A DNA stretch of 64,000 nt, from NCBI GenBank assembly GCA_965197905.1, contig CBDAOB010000005.1, positions 1,088,001-1,152,000 of the forward strand, in the 5' to 3' direction. The DNA comes from Candidatus Latescibacterota bacterium. GTDB taxonomy: Bacteria > Latescibacterota > UBA2968 > UBA8231. The notes beneath the pieces were generated by a model. The model saw nothing but the letters and a program-made list of their open reading frames with translations, made no database searches and was not told the DNA's origin. Below are positions 10,548-21,154 of the stretch, one piece after another; position 1 is the stretch's first letter; each line of letters starts with the position of its first letter. The translations under genes and the position numbers were made by a program.

Positions 10548-13500
10548 TTACAACATGCTCCCAAATTCAGTAAAACCGACGGCACTGCGAACGAAGAACA
10601 GGAGACCGTTGGCGTCGCGGAATCGCTGCCCCGGATCGTCGAATCTGAGCTTGTCCCTGCCGACACCGACTATGGAAATAAGCTCGTAGCCTAGATAGCG
10701 CGTCCGATTGGTCACGGTGAAGGTTGTGCTTCTCTGCTTGAGACTCTCGCGAGATTGCGCCTTGTTCTTTACGCGGTAGGGCAATGGACCCCAACCCTGA
10801 ACCCCCAGCTGCAAGGTCGTTTTCGGCATGATCGCATAGCTCATGTTCAGGATCGGGACGATGCGGTGCTCGGACTGGAGATCGATGCCCGACTCGTTGT
10901 CGCGCAGGCGCAGGTAGAGAAACTTGAAGCGGGGCACCAGATCGAACTTTCCGAAGGTCCAGGCATACTCGACGCGGTTTACGTACGCAAAGAAATCGAT
11001 CCGCCGGTTCTGCTGAAACTGCCTGGTCGGCAGTCTACCGCCTTGCTGCCAGTTGAATCGCAAGCGCAGTTTCTGGACCAGTCTCAGCTTTTGCAACGGC
11101 CGCAGGTGCCCCTCTAGATAGCTTTCGTTCACATTGCTCCTCTGGTAGAGCAGGATATCCTCGCGTCGAAGCAGAGTGCCCGAAAACCGCTGTATCAGAC
11201 CGATGAAGAGGGCGTCATACGGATCCACGGTGGAGAGACGAGCTCCCCTGCTGAACTGGTTGTAGGCGTCGGCGATATCATCCTGCACCTGCCGCATGCT
11301 GCTCTCGAAAAACAGCTGCCGCACGCGTCCCAGTCCCTGCCAGCGGTAGGTCAACAGCGCGTAGTCGGAGCGATTGCGGCCGCCGCCTGCCTGGTCCTTC
11401 ACGGCGTAGCGCCCCAGGCCGACCGACCAGTGCGGCGAGAGATTCACCTGTCCGAACAGGTGATAACCACGCTGGTTCGGATCGTATGGATAGTCCGGCT
11501 GCCAGTCATCCTCCCGCACATCCGGCTCGTCGTTGTTGTTGCGGTCGAGACCGTAGACATACTCGTTCGGCTCCACATCGAAAAGAAGGAAGGGTTCGTC
11601 GTAGTCCGGCGTGCCGTTGAAATTGCGGTCGGTATCTATCAGACCATCCTTGTCCTTATCCTGTCCGGGGAATACGCCGTCCTGATCCGGATTGACCGGA
11701 GCGACTCGTCCACCGCCTCCCTGCTGAGGACTCCCAAGAACATTGCCTGCCGCAATGTCGGGCCAGCGGTCGCCGTCCTCGTTATCCTGCACCAGGCGCC
11801 ATATGATGCTGTCGTTGGTCATGAAATGGTACGGGCTGTACCCGCGGCTGGCCTGGTAGCCGTAATCCTTCTTCAGAAAGGTCGGCATCTCAGTGGTGAA
11901 ATTGGGATTCATGGAGAAGGTCTCGAAACCAAAGACACCGCGGTCGAAGCGGTGAATGCCGTTGAGGAAATAAGCGGTGCCGCGTGTCGCGAAGCGCGGC
12001 CCTTCATTCACTACGGTTTGGCTCAGTGAGCGAGCCGGGTAGCGGGAATAAAGCGCGGATCGCGCGTACTCCGCACTGATATCCACCCAGGGCAAGGTCA
12101 GTTGTAGATCGGCGCTGTAGGTGAAGATCGCGGTGTTCTCCGCCACCGCGAAGCGCCGGCGCGCGAGGTTGGAGAGATCCTCTACCCGTCCTGGCGCCCG
12201 CAGGGCGGTACGCAGGAAAGTGCTCTGGAAGCGATCCTCGTGACGTTCCGCGGAGGCATTGGCAATGTTGAGGTCGACACCGGCCCACTCCACCAAGTAG
12301 TCGTTGCCCACCACCGCCTCCAGGTATGGTTCTTCCCTGAGATCGAAGAGGTAGACCAACTGCTCGCCGCCGTCGGCGTGCAGGATCTGGCCCGGCGATT
12401 CGAGCTGGAACTCTTCGAGCAGGCCCTCCAACCGTACCTTCGACGTAACGTCCACCCCCGCGTCATGTTCCGCCCGGTAGAGGAAATCCGCAAATAACGG
12501 CAGCTCACTGTCCCGGTAGTAGACGACCGGTCCTTGAACTGCGGTGTAGGTCGAGGGAATGAATCGACCGGTGCTCAGGGTGCGGCCCGCCTGGGGTCGA
12601 GCTCCCGCACGCTTGCGAATGATGTGGGGCAGGATATCGGGGCGCAGTTCGCCGTTAATTACGAGCTGGACGTTTTGGACGGCCGCGCCGGGGCGCCCAT
12701 CCTCGGGAGCGTCGTCGGAGAAACGAACCACTATCAAGGAATAGGTCGGCTGGTCCTGCCGCAGTCGGCCCTTGATCGAGTTGTTGGTCTCGGTGCTGTT
12801 ATAGGAATGGAGGTTGGAACCCCAGCGATAGCTGTCCCAGATCCAGCTGGGCACGTCCGCCCAGGAGCAATGTGGAATGATCGGTATCGACCTCGGCGAC
12901 ATTCTCGTTGGGGGTGGTCGACTCTCGATTGGGCCGGGCGATGCGCGAGCCCAGGGTCGTGAGCTTCAGATGGGGCGTGGAAAGGTCCACCCGCAGTCCG
13001 TTGAAATCGGTCCGGGACAGGGTGAGGGGGGAAAGCCGCGCGATCAGGCCGTCGCCAACCATAGCCCGGTAGCCCCAGCTGCCATAGCCGTCGCTGCCCA
13101 CCACCACATTGGTGAACACCAGCTGCCAGGCCGACCAGTCCTTGAACAGGTGGCTGCCAAACCGCTGCTCCGCTTGGCGCCGCTCGACCCAGGTGAAAAG
13201 GTCGTAACCGGTGGTCAGGTGGTTGCCCATGAGATCGATCTTCGCCTGGGGCCGATCTACGCCCAACGCGATGCCATGCTGGGAACCTATTTGACGGGTT
13301 TTCCACGAGTGATCCGGATAGTTCTCGTAGTGATTGAATGCGTAGTTCCTGTATTCCGGCCGCGGATAGCGGATGCCGAATCGTCTTTCTGGAGTTTCGG
13401 GGGCAAAAAGGTCGTGTCTATCGTCGGCAAACAAATGCCCGGCCAGCAGTAGGCCGAGCAATGCGCAACGAAGGACACAGGGTATGGCAACCCTGTAGCT

Positions 13501-13551
13501 GGAGCCGAGGTGAGACCTGCCCCCGATGGTGCACCAATCGCCTTGCAACAA
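10548..13551 (-). CDS. Large exported protein of unknown family, paralogue 3; frameshifted at ~12815, start codon uncertain
   Basis: ORFs 12799-13551 and 10548-12902 join into one protein collinear with paralogue 4. Signal-like CALLGLLLAGHLFA; ends FFVRSAVGFTEFGSML. Confidence 0.85.
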
Positions 13552-14140
13552 CCTAGTCCTCGCTTTTTGGGGAGCGCGCGCGTCTACGCTTGGTCACGAA
13601 CAACTGCTCAGTGTAGCAGCCGTTGAGTAATATACAACACAATAATCTCGCTCTTGAAAAAAATCTCGCAATCACAGCTGCACCGACGGCTGCTTTGCGT
13701 CGATTTGGCACATACCGCCCGCACCGGCTTCTCGCCCATCCTCGCCCGTGACTGCCGGCTTCTCTCCCGGTCATTGCGAACGCAATCCACAAAGTGGGGA
13801 ATCTCGTCGCGAACCAACCGGAGAATGGCGAATAAAAGCCACAATCGTTGGTCGCAGCAAGCGGGTGTTCGATGGGCATCGAGGAGGCCGGCCCGAGAAA
13901 GCGACGGTGCTATGTTCGGTTCGCAAGGAAAACTGGGAAATACCAGAGGGCCTCAAAAAAGCTATATTTATTCAATAGCCTATTTTGATGGAATTAGACT
14001 TCTGCCTCAACGGCTCGCAGTTTGATGAGACCAGGTATCGCCAGTACCATCGATAGATTGGCCACGAAATAGACCGGCTGACTTCGGCCATTTCTTTGTA
14101 TCGCATTGTCTTGTAACGTTTCCTCAGTGCCCGAAGCGGC

Positions 14141-17100
14141 ATGGGACAGCTGATCATGTATTGGAGAGGATGGACTGAAACGCTCGGGCGCTGCGGCGGA
14201 AGGTCGGGTCATGGCTCTCCCGAGCGAGCCAGAAACCTGCGCTGGTTTGGGTTTTGTGCCTCCCTACTGCTGGTGCACGGGGTTCCCGCAAACGGTTACG
14301 TAGGCCCTGGTCCGTCAGAAACGACGGCGACGCGTCTTTCCTTTCGCTACACGCGACCCACCTACAAGAACTACGCGTACGATCTCTACCAGAACTATTC
14401 GGACCACACGTGGAGCACTCGCGGTATCGGCGGGCAGCACGGAATCGCATTCGGTGTCGAGCGGCCACGGACCGTAGTCGATTTGATGGGCAACTACCTC
14501 ACGACCGGTTACGACCTCTACACCTGGGAGGAGCGGCGTCAGCCGGAGCAGCGAACCGGCAGCGAGCTGTTCAAGGACTGGTCGGCATGGCAGTTGGTGT
14601 TCACCAACGTGGCAGTGGCCAGTGACGGTTATGGCGAATGGGGGTATCAGGCGATCGTGGGGGACGGTCTCATCGCGCGGCTCTCCCCCTTGACCCTGTC
14701 GAAAACCGATCTCTATGGGCTGCGGGTAGACGTCTCGACACCGCACCTCAAACTGACCGGATTGGCCTCCCGCATCGCCCGGCCGAACCGCGAGAGCTAC
14801 CTCCCCAGCGAGAATGTGGGCGAGGTAAGGGTGGATCACTCAACCATGCTCCTTGGGGGCCGGGCCCAGGTGGATTGGGGGGCGCTCAAGGTGGGGTTCA
14901 ACGGCGCCAACCTGCACGCCTACAACAGCACCCAGGAAAACAACTCGATAAAGGGTCTGCTGCGACGGGACCAGCCTCTGTACTCCTTTCTGGTGGTCCG
15001 TTTTTCGGACGAGGTTCCCGGGGACGGCCTGGGCGGGGCTGCAGTTCAGGATGTACGCCTGGTCGTCAACGGCGAGGTGCGGTCCGATATCGCGCCGCAT
15101 ATCATTCGCAAGCGAGCGGGGAGCGGCGTCTACTCCGGGCGCGTGCTGAGGACCGGATTCATTGCCAGCGCCTACAATAAAATCACCGGGCCGAGACCTT
15201 ACTACCGGGATCGGGAGATACCACTCTATGCCGACTTTCTATATCGGCTGGATCACGAAGCCGGCGAGGATGTCTCCAACGTCACCTTGCTGACTGGTCT
15301 GATAGACGAATTCCAGCTGGAACCCCCGGGGCAGATTCTGCGCGCCGACGGCGACAAGCAGCTGGTCTACTTCTTCGACCTGCGGAACGAACCGCATGTC
15401 GAGTCGGTGGAGGTGGAAGCGGTGGTGGGGAACGATTACAAAGTCGAATGGGCCGGGGTGTATCTCAACAGAGGCAGTGCCACGGCGGAGCGCTACGAGG
15501 ACCGCTACTCGAGTACGATCTACTATCCCGCCATGCGGTCCCGAGGCCGCGTCGAGGATCTGTCCAATCTCTCGCGCAAGCGTTTCTCAGTGGGGGAGAA
15601 TACGGCGATCTTCACCTACAGCGCTGATATGGAGCTGGTTCTACCCTGGATGGATCTCAGCGGCGAAATCGCGCGTTCCGCGCTCTATTCCCGCTACCCT
15701 GCGCAGGTGGGAGGGGACCCAATGCTGGACGAGGGCCCGCGTTCCGTCCATCGAGGCAGCGCCTACTTTCTCAACGGCCTGCGCCGCTTTCGGCGCGGCA
15801 TCATGGGGTTCGAGCTGTTCTCAATCAATCCGGAGTTCACCACCAAGATGCCCACCTACCTGCGGAAGGATTTCGGCTATACCGCCAGCCGCGGTTACGA
15901 TCCCCTGGCGCAGCTGGACCGAAACACCGTGATCTGGAGCCTGGTGCAGGACAACGAGGATGGAGACCGCTGGCCAGACATCCTGGTGGGCAATGTCCTG
16001 GGCAGCCCGTACGGCAGCTCCGACCTGGACGGAATCTTTCCCGGTCAGGACGCCGACTACGATGGCCTGGTGGATACGGATCGAAACTTAAACGGTACTC
16101 CCGACTACGACGAGACCTTTCTGGTCTTTGAGGTGGAGCCGAACGAATACGTCTACGGGCTCGACCGCAACAACAACAACGAGCCGGATATCCGGGAGGA
16201 CGATTGGCAGCCGGACTACCCGTACGATCACGACCAGCGCGGCTACCACCTTTTTGGACAGCTGGACCTCACGCCTGCTTGGTCGTTGGGCCTTGGGCGC
16301 TACGCGGTTCGGGGACTGGCCAGCGGCGGCCGCAATCGCTCGGCTTATGCGCTCTTGACCTACCGATGGTTGGGGCGCGACCGCGTGCGCGAGCTGTTCT
16401 TCGAGAATAATCTGCGCCGCGTAAAGGACGACATCGCCGATCCTTACAATCAGTACAGCCAATCGGCGCAATGGGAGCTGAACAGCCCATACGACGCAGG
16501 CTTTACTGGCATAATTGCAAGAATAGATGGATCGTTGCTGCGGCGGGAAGACGTGCTCTTCTACCAGGACAGCTACGTCAATGAGACCTATCTGGAAGGG
16601 GACTTGCGTCCCGTATCGGGCCTGCAGGTAGTGCAGAAGCTTCGCCTGCGGATCAACTGGCAGCAGGGAGGTCTTCTTCCCAACGGAATGCTGCAGCGAC
16701 CGCGGCGCCTGGACTTCTGGACCACCGTCAGCCGGATCCAGTACACCTGGACCCTGGGCAAGCTGACCCTGATGCCGCAATACAAATTCATGCACCTGCG
16801 CCTGACAGACCGGGGCGCGGAACTCATCGGGGAAGGGAAATACGCCAGCCGCGACCTGCAATCCAGAACGACCACCGTTCCGATCCTGCGGATCTCATAC
16901 CGTATGCTGCCCCGCACGAAGGTGCAACTTGGGCTGCAGGGATTCGGATCACTGCCGTACAAGGTCGACGACCATGCGCGGTCGCTCGAGGGGTTCGAGC
17001 AGTACACCACCACGGCGACGGTGACTAACCGCTCCAGGTATTTCGGCTACGATCTACACACGATCGTCGGCTTCAGCAAGGAGCGGCTCATATTCGACAG

Positions 17101-17188
17101 CCGCCACCAGAGTTTCCGCAACCGGGATGGATTCCTTTTTTTCATCCGCGCCCTGATGGGTTTCACCGAATATGGGCGGATGCTCTAG
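14141..17188 (+). CDS. Large exported protein of unknown family, paralogue 4 (intact, up to 1015 aa)
   Basis: Uninterrupted ORF with signal-like WFGFCASLLLVHGVPANG and the shared blocks; ends FFIRALMGFTEYGRML. Confidence 0.9.
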   Translation: MGQLIMYWRGWTETLGRCGGRSGHGSPERARNLRWFGFCASLLLVHGVPANGYVGPGPSETTATRLSFRYTRPTYKNYAYDLYQNYSDHTWSTRGIGGQHGIAFGVERPRTVVDLMGNYLTTGYDLYTWEERRQPEQRTGSELFKDWSAWQLVFTNVAVASDGYGEWGYQAIVGDGLIARLSPLTLSKTDLYGLRVDVSTPHLKLTGLASRIARPNRESYLPSENVGEVRVDHSTMLLGGRAQVDWGALKVGFNGANLHAYNSTQENNSIKGLLRRDQPLYSFLVVRFSDEVPGDGLGGAAVQDVRLVVNGEVRSDIAPHIIRKRAGSGVYSGRVLRTGFIASAYNKITGPRPYYRDREIPLYADFLYRLDHEAGEDVSNVTLLTGLIDEFQLEPPGQILRADGDKQLVYFFDLRNEPHVESVEVEAVVGNDYKVEWAGVYLNRGSATAERYEDRYSSTIYYPAMRSRGRVEDLSNLSRKRFSVGENTAIFTYSADMELVLPWMDLSGEIARSALYSRYPAQVGGDPMLDEGPRSVHRGSAYFLNGLRRFRRGIMGFELFSINPEFTTKMPTYLRKDFGYTASRGYDPLAQLDRNTVIWSLVQDNEDGDRWPDILVGNVLGSPYGSSDLDGIFPGQDADYDGLVDTDRNLNGTPDYDETFLVFEVEPNEYVYGLDRNNNNEPDIREDDWQPDYPYDHDQRGYHLFGQLDLTPAWSLGLGRYAVRGLASGGRNRSAYALLTYRWLGRDRVRELFFENNLRRVKDDIADPYNQYSQSAQWELNSPYDAGFTGIIARIDGSLLRREDVLFYQDSYVNETYLEGDLRPVSGLQVVQKLRLRINWQQGGLLPNGMLQRPRRLDFWTTVSRIQYTWTLGKLTLMPQYKFMHLRLTDRGAELIGEGKYASRDLQSRTTTVPILRISYRMLPRTKVQLGLQGFGSLPYKVDDHARSLEGFEQYTTTATVTNRSRYFGYDLHTIVGFSKERLIFDSRHQSFRNRDGFLFFIRALMGFTEYGRML

Positions 17189-17189
17189 C

Positions 17190-17210
17190 CCGGGCAAACG
17201 CGCCCGGATT
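17190..17210 (+). terminator. GC hairpin directly after paralogue 4, between convergent genes
   Basis: CCGGGC-aaacgc-GCCCGG followed by ATT; weak U-tract. Confidence 0.25.
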
Positions 17211-17285
17211 GTGCCACTTCTACGGGATGCCAGCGGACTTTGGCGTGGAGGATTTCGTCGCTAGGGGACGTCGCCAAGTTGCGAA

Positions 17286-18182
17286 TTAGCGCGCGTCGTT
17301 TTTCAGCTGGCCCCAGCTCCTGCGCGTAACCGATGTCTGCGCATCTCCGATCTTTGGCCCCACCCTCAGAATGCGGGCACCAATACCGTAGGATCGATCC
17401 CCGGGATGGAACGACTCACGTCGGGCGGAGCGCAGGTTTTCGCCGTCGGCGCTGAAACAACCCCCTCTCACGACGCAGACGAAGCCCGTTGCAGGTCCTC
17501 GGGGGTCGACACGTAACGACTGCCGGTAATGGTTCGCGCCAAACCAATCCTGCACCCATTCGAACAGATTCCCATGCATATCGTATAAGCCCCATGGATT
17601 CGGCAACTTTGTGCCCACCGGCTGAGCGTATGTCAATCCCACATTGAAAGCATTGGGCCCATACCAGGCATACTCCCCCAACTGCACTTCACTGTCCCCG
17701 GACGACCACAGAGTTGTCGTTCCCGCCCGGCAGGCATATTCCCACTCTGCTTCCGTTGGCAAGCGGTAGAGCTCCTCATCCGCATCCTCGTTCATCGTTG
17801 CTATGAATTCTTGCATGTCGTACCAAGAGATATATGCCGCCGGATGGGTTGGGTTCACCTCCAGATGTATTCCTTCAGACCAGGGCGTTGTTCCCATCAA
17901 ACTTTGCCATTGCGCCTGGGTGATCTCAAACTTCCCCAGGTAAAACCCGCGACTGATGGTCACCTCGTGAGCGGGGCGTTCGTCTTTGATCCAATCGTTT
18001 TTGTCCTGCAACAGCTCTTCTTGCTCCTCCGTCAACCCCATTATGAAGGTCCCCGGTTCCACCCACACCATCTCCATCGTTTCGCTCGCGGAGAGTTCAA
18101 TGGTGATTTCCTCTTGAGAGCAGACGGGCAGAACTGAAAAAACAGCAAGGGTCACGTTAGTCCATACAAGCGAGTGCTTCAT
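17286..18182 (-). CDS. Secreted formylglycine-generating enzyme (FGE-sulfatase/SUMF1) domain protein with C-terminal SWGQLK tail
   Basis: Signal peptide; PGTFIMG, ERPAHEV, RLPTEAEWEYACRAG, NPWGLYDMHGNLFEW and VVRGG motifs. Confidence 0.92.
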   Translation of the reverse strand: MKHSLVWTNVTLAVFSVLPVCSQEEITIELSASETMEMVWVEPGTFIMGLTEEQEELLQDKNDWIKDERPAHEVTISRGFYLGKFEITQAQWQSLMGTTPWSEGIHLEVNPTHPAAYISWYDMQEFIATMNEDADEELYRLPTEAEWEYACRAGTTTLWSSGDSEVQLGEYAWYGPNAFNVGLTYAQPVGTKLPNPWGLYDMHGNLFEWVQDWFGANHYRQSLRVDPRGPATGFVCVVRGGCFSADGENLRSARRESFHPGDRSYGIGARILRVGPKIGDAQTSVTRRSWGQLKNDAR

Positions 18183-18246
18183 CAGATCTTCATTATGTAG
18201 ATATCGAGTTTGGGTGTGTTGTTCGGCCCGTTTGGCGTCACTCGCC

Positions 18247-19305
18247 CTACCCTCTCGCCCAGGATTGGGTCTCGGCCCTGACGGGCTGGCCGCTTTCCTG
18301 CGACTCTTGTATCAGCAGGAATAGGTACCAATCCTGGCAGGCATCTGCCAATGAGTACACCGGTGGGCCGCCATCAAGGTAGGAGGCCATTCTGAGTAGA
18401 CAATCGCCGATGGCGATCTCCTCGTCTGACAAGGCCGCAGGAGCCAGCGGATTTCGGTACACCCATTCGCCGTCGGCTTGGTACCCCTTGAGATAGTTTC
18501 CTTCCAGGTTGCCTTCAGGTCCGGCACTGTGACGGGTGAAGTCGACCTCGATGTGGGTTAGATCGTCGCGGAGATAACTGGCACGAAGGTCAATGAGCTC
18601 ACCGCGTTCGCCGCGAACCAGCACCCGCTGGTTGCGAATGAGCGATCCGTACTGCGCATCGTCGAAGTCGAAGACGCCGAAGCGATCGCCGTAGTCAAAC
18701 CAGGCGATGGTCTGCTTTGAATCGACGAGAGTGGCACCGGCTTCGGGCTCAATATAGTTGTTGAACTTCAGGAGCGGAGAGGTGACGCTAGTCGCCGTGA
18801 TAGTGGGGTTCTCAAACGACACCCCGAGAAACTTACGCAGCAGGCCAAAACCGCGCTCGGCAGAGATCTGCGCCTGGGAGACGCGGCCGAGCTTGCCGGA
18901 ACGCACGAACGAGAGGCGGGCGGCGTGATGGGGTTGCAGGTAATACTGGTTGGTGACCTGGATTTTAGCGCCCTGTTTGACACGCGCTGCTAGGCCGGTC
19001 AGGTCTTCGAGAGTCTTGCCGGGGTGGCGTTCGGAGAGGACCGGCGCGTTGCGATCCGCCAGCTGGTGTAGCACACCGGGGTTGACGGCCATGGGCAGGC
19101 TGGTGAGGATGAAGAGCGGATTGGTGGCGATCGCATCGTCCAACGAGGGAACGAGCGTGACGCCGTAGCGCCTGTGGAATTCCTCTTTCTTCTCGGGGGT
19201 CCGCGAGACGAGGGCGGTCACCTCGAAGCGGTCGGGACAAGCAGCGGCGGTGCGCAGGAAGAAGTGTGAACGCCAACCGGTGCCGACGATGGCGAACCTG
19301 ATCAT
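18247..19305 (-). CDS. Gfo/Idh/MocA family oxidoreductase
   Basis: N-terminal Rossmann motif IRFAIVGTGWR; family-typical length. Confidence 0.8.
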   Translation of the reverse strand: MIRFAIVGTGWRSHFFLRTAAACPDRFEVTALVSRTPEKKEEFHRRYGVTLVPSLDDAIATNPLFILTSLPMAVNPGVLHQLADRNAPVLSERHPGKTLEDLTGLAARVKQGAKIQVTNQYYLQPHHAARLSFVRSGKLGRVSQAQISAERGFGLLRKFLGVSFENPTITATSVTSPLLKFNNYIEPEAGATLVDSKQTIAWFDYGDRFGVFDFDDAQYGSLIRNQRVLVRGERGELIDLRASYLRDDLTHIEVDFTRHSAGPEGNLEGNYLKGYQADGEWVYRNPLAPAALSDEEIAIGDCLLRMASYLDGGPPVYSLADACQDWYLFLLIQESQESGQPVRAETQSWARG

Positions 19306-19488
19306 GGCTATACTCCACTACCATTCAAAGAGAAAATGAATATAGGATGACGACCAGAGCGAGTCCACATAGACACCCCTCGAACCAGGCAGATCTTCGC
19401 TGGATAGTAACGACGAAGCCGCTTATTGCTACCACCTATACGTAGGATGCGGTGAATTGCCAGAAACAGCTCACACCCCGCAGCTGAG

Positions 19489-19985
19489 GGCGGCAAAGCT
19501 CGGTTGAAACCTCCATTCACTTTCCGTCCGGGGGAGGTCCTGACTGAGTACATGATTCTTGAGCAAAACGCCCCGAACGAACTGGCGGTGTTCACACTGC
19601 CAATCAACTGGGTCAATTATCCTTGAGCCGATGCTTCCAGGAGAGCGCTGACCTGACTTGCGATACGTGCCACGTTCCGCATAAGGACGAACATGCAAGA
19701 AGCGAGTTATTCACCGAGCGCTGTCTGAAGTGTCACGAAATCGCCCGATGTAAGATGGCCGCCGGAATGGGCGGAGGTGGAAGTGAAAGCTGCATCTCTT
19801 GCCACATGCCGTTACGACAAGAGAAAAAGGTCAGGCTGAAAGGACCTGAATCGGATCGAGTTCCCGTCATTCGCGATCACTTCATTCGAGATTTTCCGGA
19901 ACACGGTACCTCTGTCGAGAGGTTCGAGGACAACGTCAGGGGCCGGGAGCCGCTGCCGCGAAGAGGAAGTGTAAAAAGTGAGTGA
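19489..19985 (+). pseudogene. C-terminal remnant of a multiheme c-type cytochrome
   Basis: Three CxxCH motifs (CDTCH, CLKCH, CISCH) and DHFI. Upstream PFTFRPGEVL and GVHTANQL segments lie in different frames. No signal peptide or N-terminal half. Confidence 0.7.
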
Positions 19986-21118
19986 GACATACCGAGCCGC
20001 CTTAGTCGGGTGCAGCCGCATGGGCGCGTTCATTGACAACGAGTTCGTTGGCTTGCCTGGCCGCATCGCGCCCCACTCGCATGCTGCTGGCTACGAAGCC
20101 TGTGACCGGACTGATTTAGTGGCTGGGGTTGATCTGCGTCCGGATGTGCTGTCGGAGTTCGGGAAGCGCTACGGCGTAGGAGAGAATCACCTGTACACCG
20201 ACTACCGCGAAATGCTCGCCAAGGAGCAACCGGATATCCTCAGCGTCGCCACCCAGCCGGAACAGCGAGCAGAGATCGCTGTCTACGCCGCCGAGCATGG
20301 CGTGAAGGCGCTGTATTGCGAGAAGCCCATGTGCGCCTCTCTCCCGGAGGCCGACGCGATGGTAACGGCCGTTAGAGCGCCACGGGGTGGTCTTCAACAT
20401 GGGCACCAATCGGCGCTGGCACCCCGGCTTCATTAAAATGCGGGAGGTGGTAGCCTCTGGCGACTTGGGCGCGCTCCAGACCCTGGTGATTTACAGCAGT
20501 AACGCCGTGTTCAACGCCTCCAGCCACCACTTTGAGCTGATGCAGCACCTCAACGGCGATGAGCCAGCGACCTGGGTACAGGGATGTCTGCCAGAAGGCG
20601 ATCAGAGCATTGTTGGTGATGAAGTGCGCGAGGACCCCTCGGTGGAGGGCATGTTTGGGTTCGCCAATGGAGTGATCGTTTACCTCATGGATGGGCCGCA
20701 GGGCCGGGAGTATGAGGCTAACTGTGAGCAAGGTCTAATCAGAGCCACCTATCTTGGCGTTGACTTTCTGGTGTGGCGCCGCCAGAGCGAGGGAGTGAGG
20801 CTGGTGGATGCGCCACCCGCGGTGCGGCACCACCGCGGTCTCCAAGCTGAGCTGGTGGCTGCACCCCCCTTAGCGTACACGCCGGCCAGCAACACGCTGC
20901 GGCTCGTCGAGGAAATGGTGCAGGCGCTGGACACCGGCACCGCGCCGCGTGGGGGTGTGCGAGTGGCCCGCGCCAACCTGGAGATTAGCTTCGGGTTTAT
21001 CGAGTCGCACCGGCGGGGCGGGGCGCGGGTATCCCTGCCCCTTCCGGACTGCCGGCTGCGATTGAACCGGCGGACCCACGACCCGCGCGCGCCGTGGTAC
21101 GCACCTGCCTCGGATTGA
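19978..21118 (+). CDS. Gfo/Idh/MocA family oxidoreductase, +1 frameshift at ~20372
   Basis: YRAALVGCSRMG and YCEKPM motifs. Removing one base at GTTAGAG gives AVERHGVVFNMGTNRRW, joining ORFs 19978-20436 and 20387-21118. Confidence 0.82.
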
Positions 21119-21154
21119 GGGCTCCTCGCTGCCCACGAGAGGGAAGACAGGCCA

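Noticed and set aside
17350..17480. FGE/C-type-lectin-fold C-terminus as a diversity-generating retroelement target
   Set aside because: No template repeat and no reverse transcriptase seen in the window.
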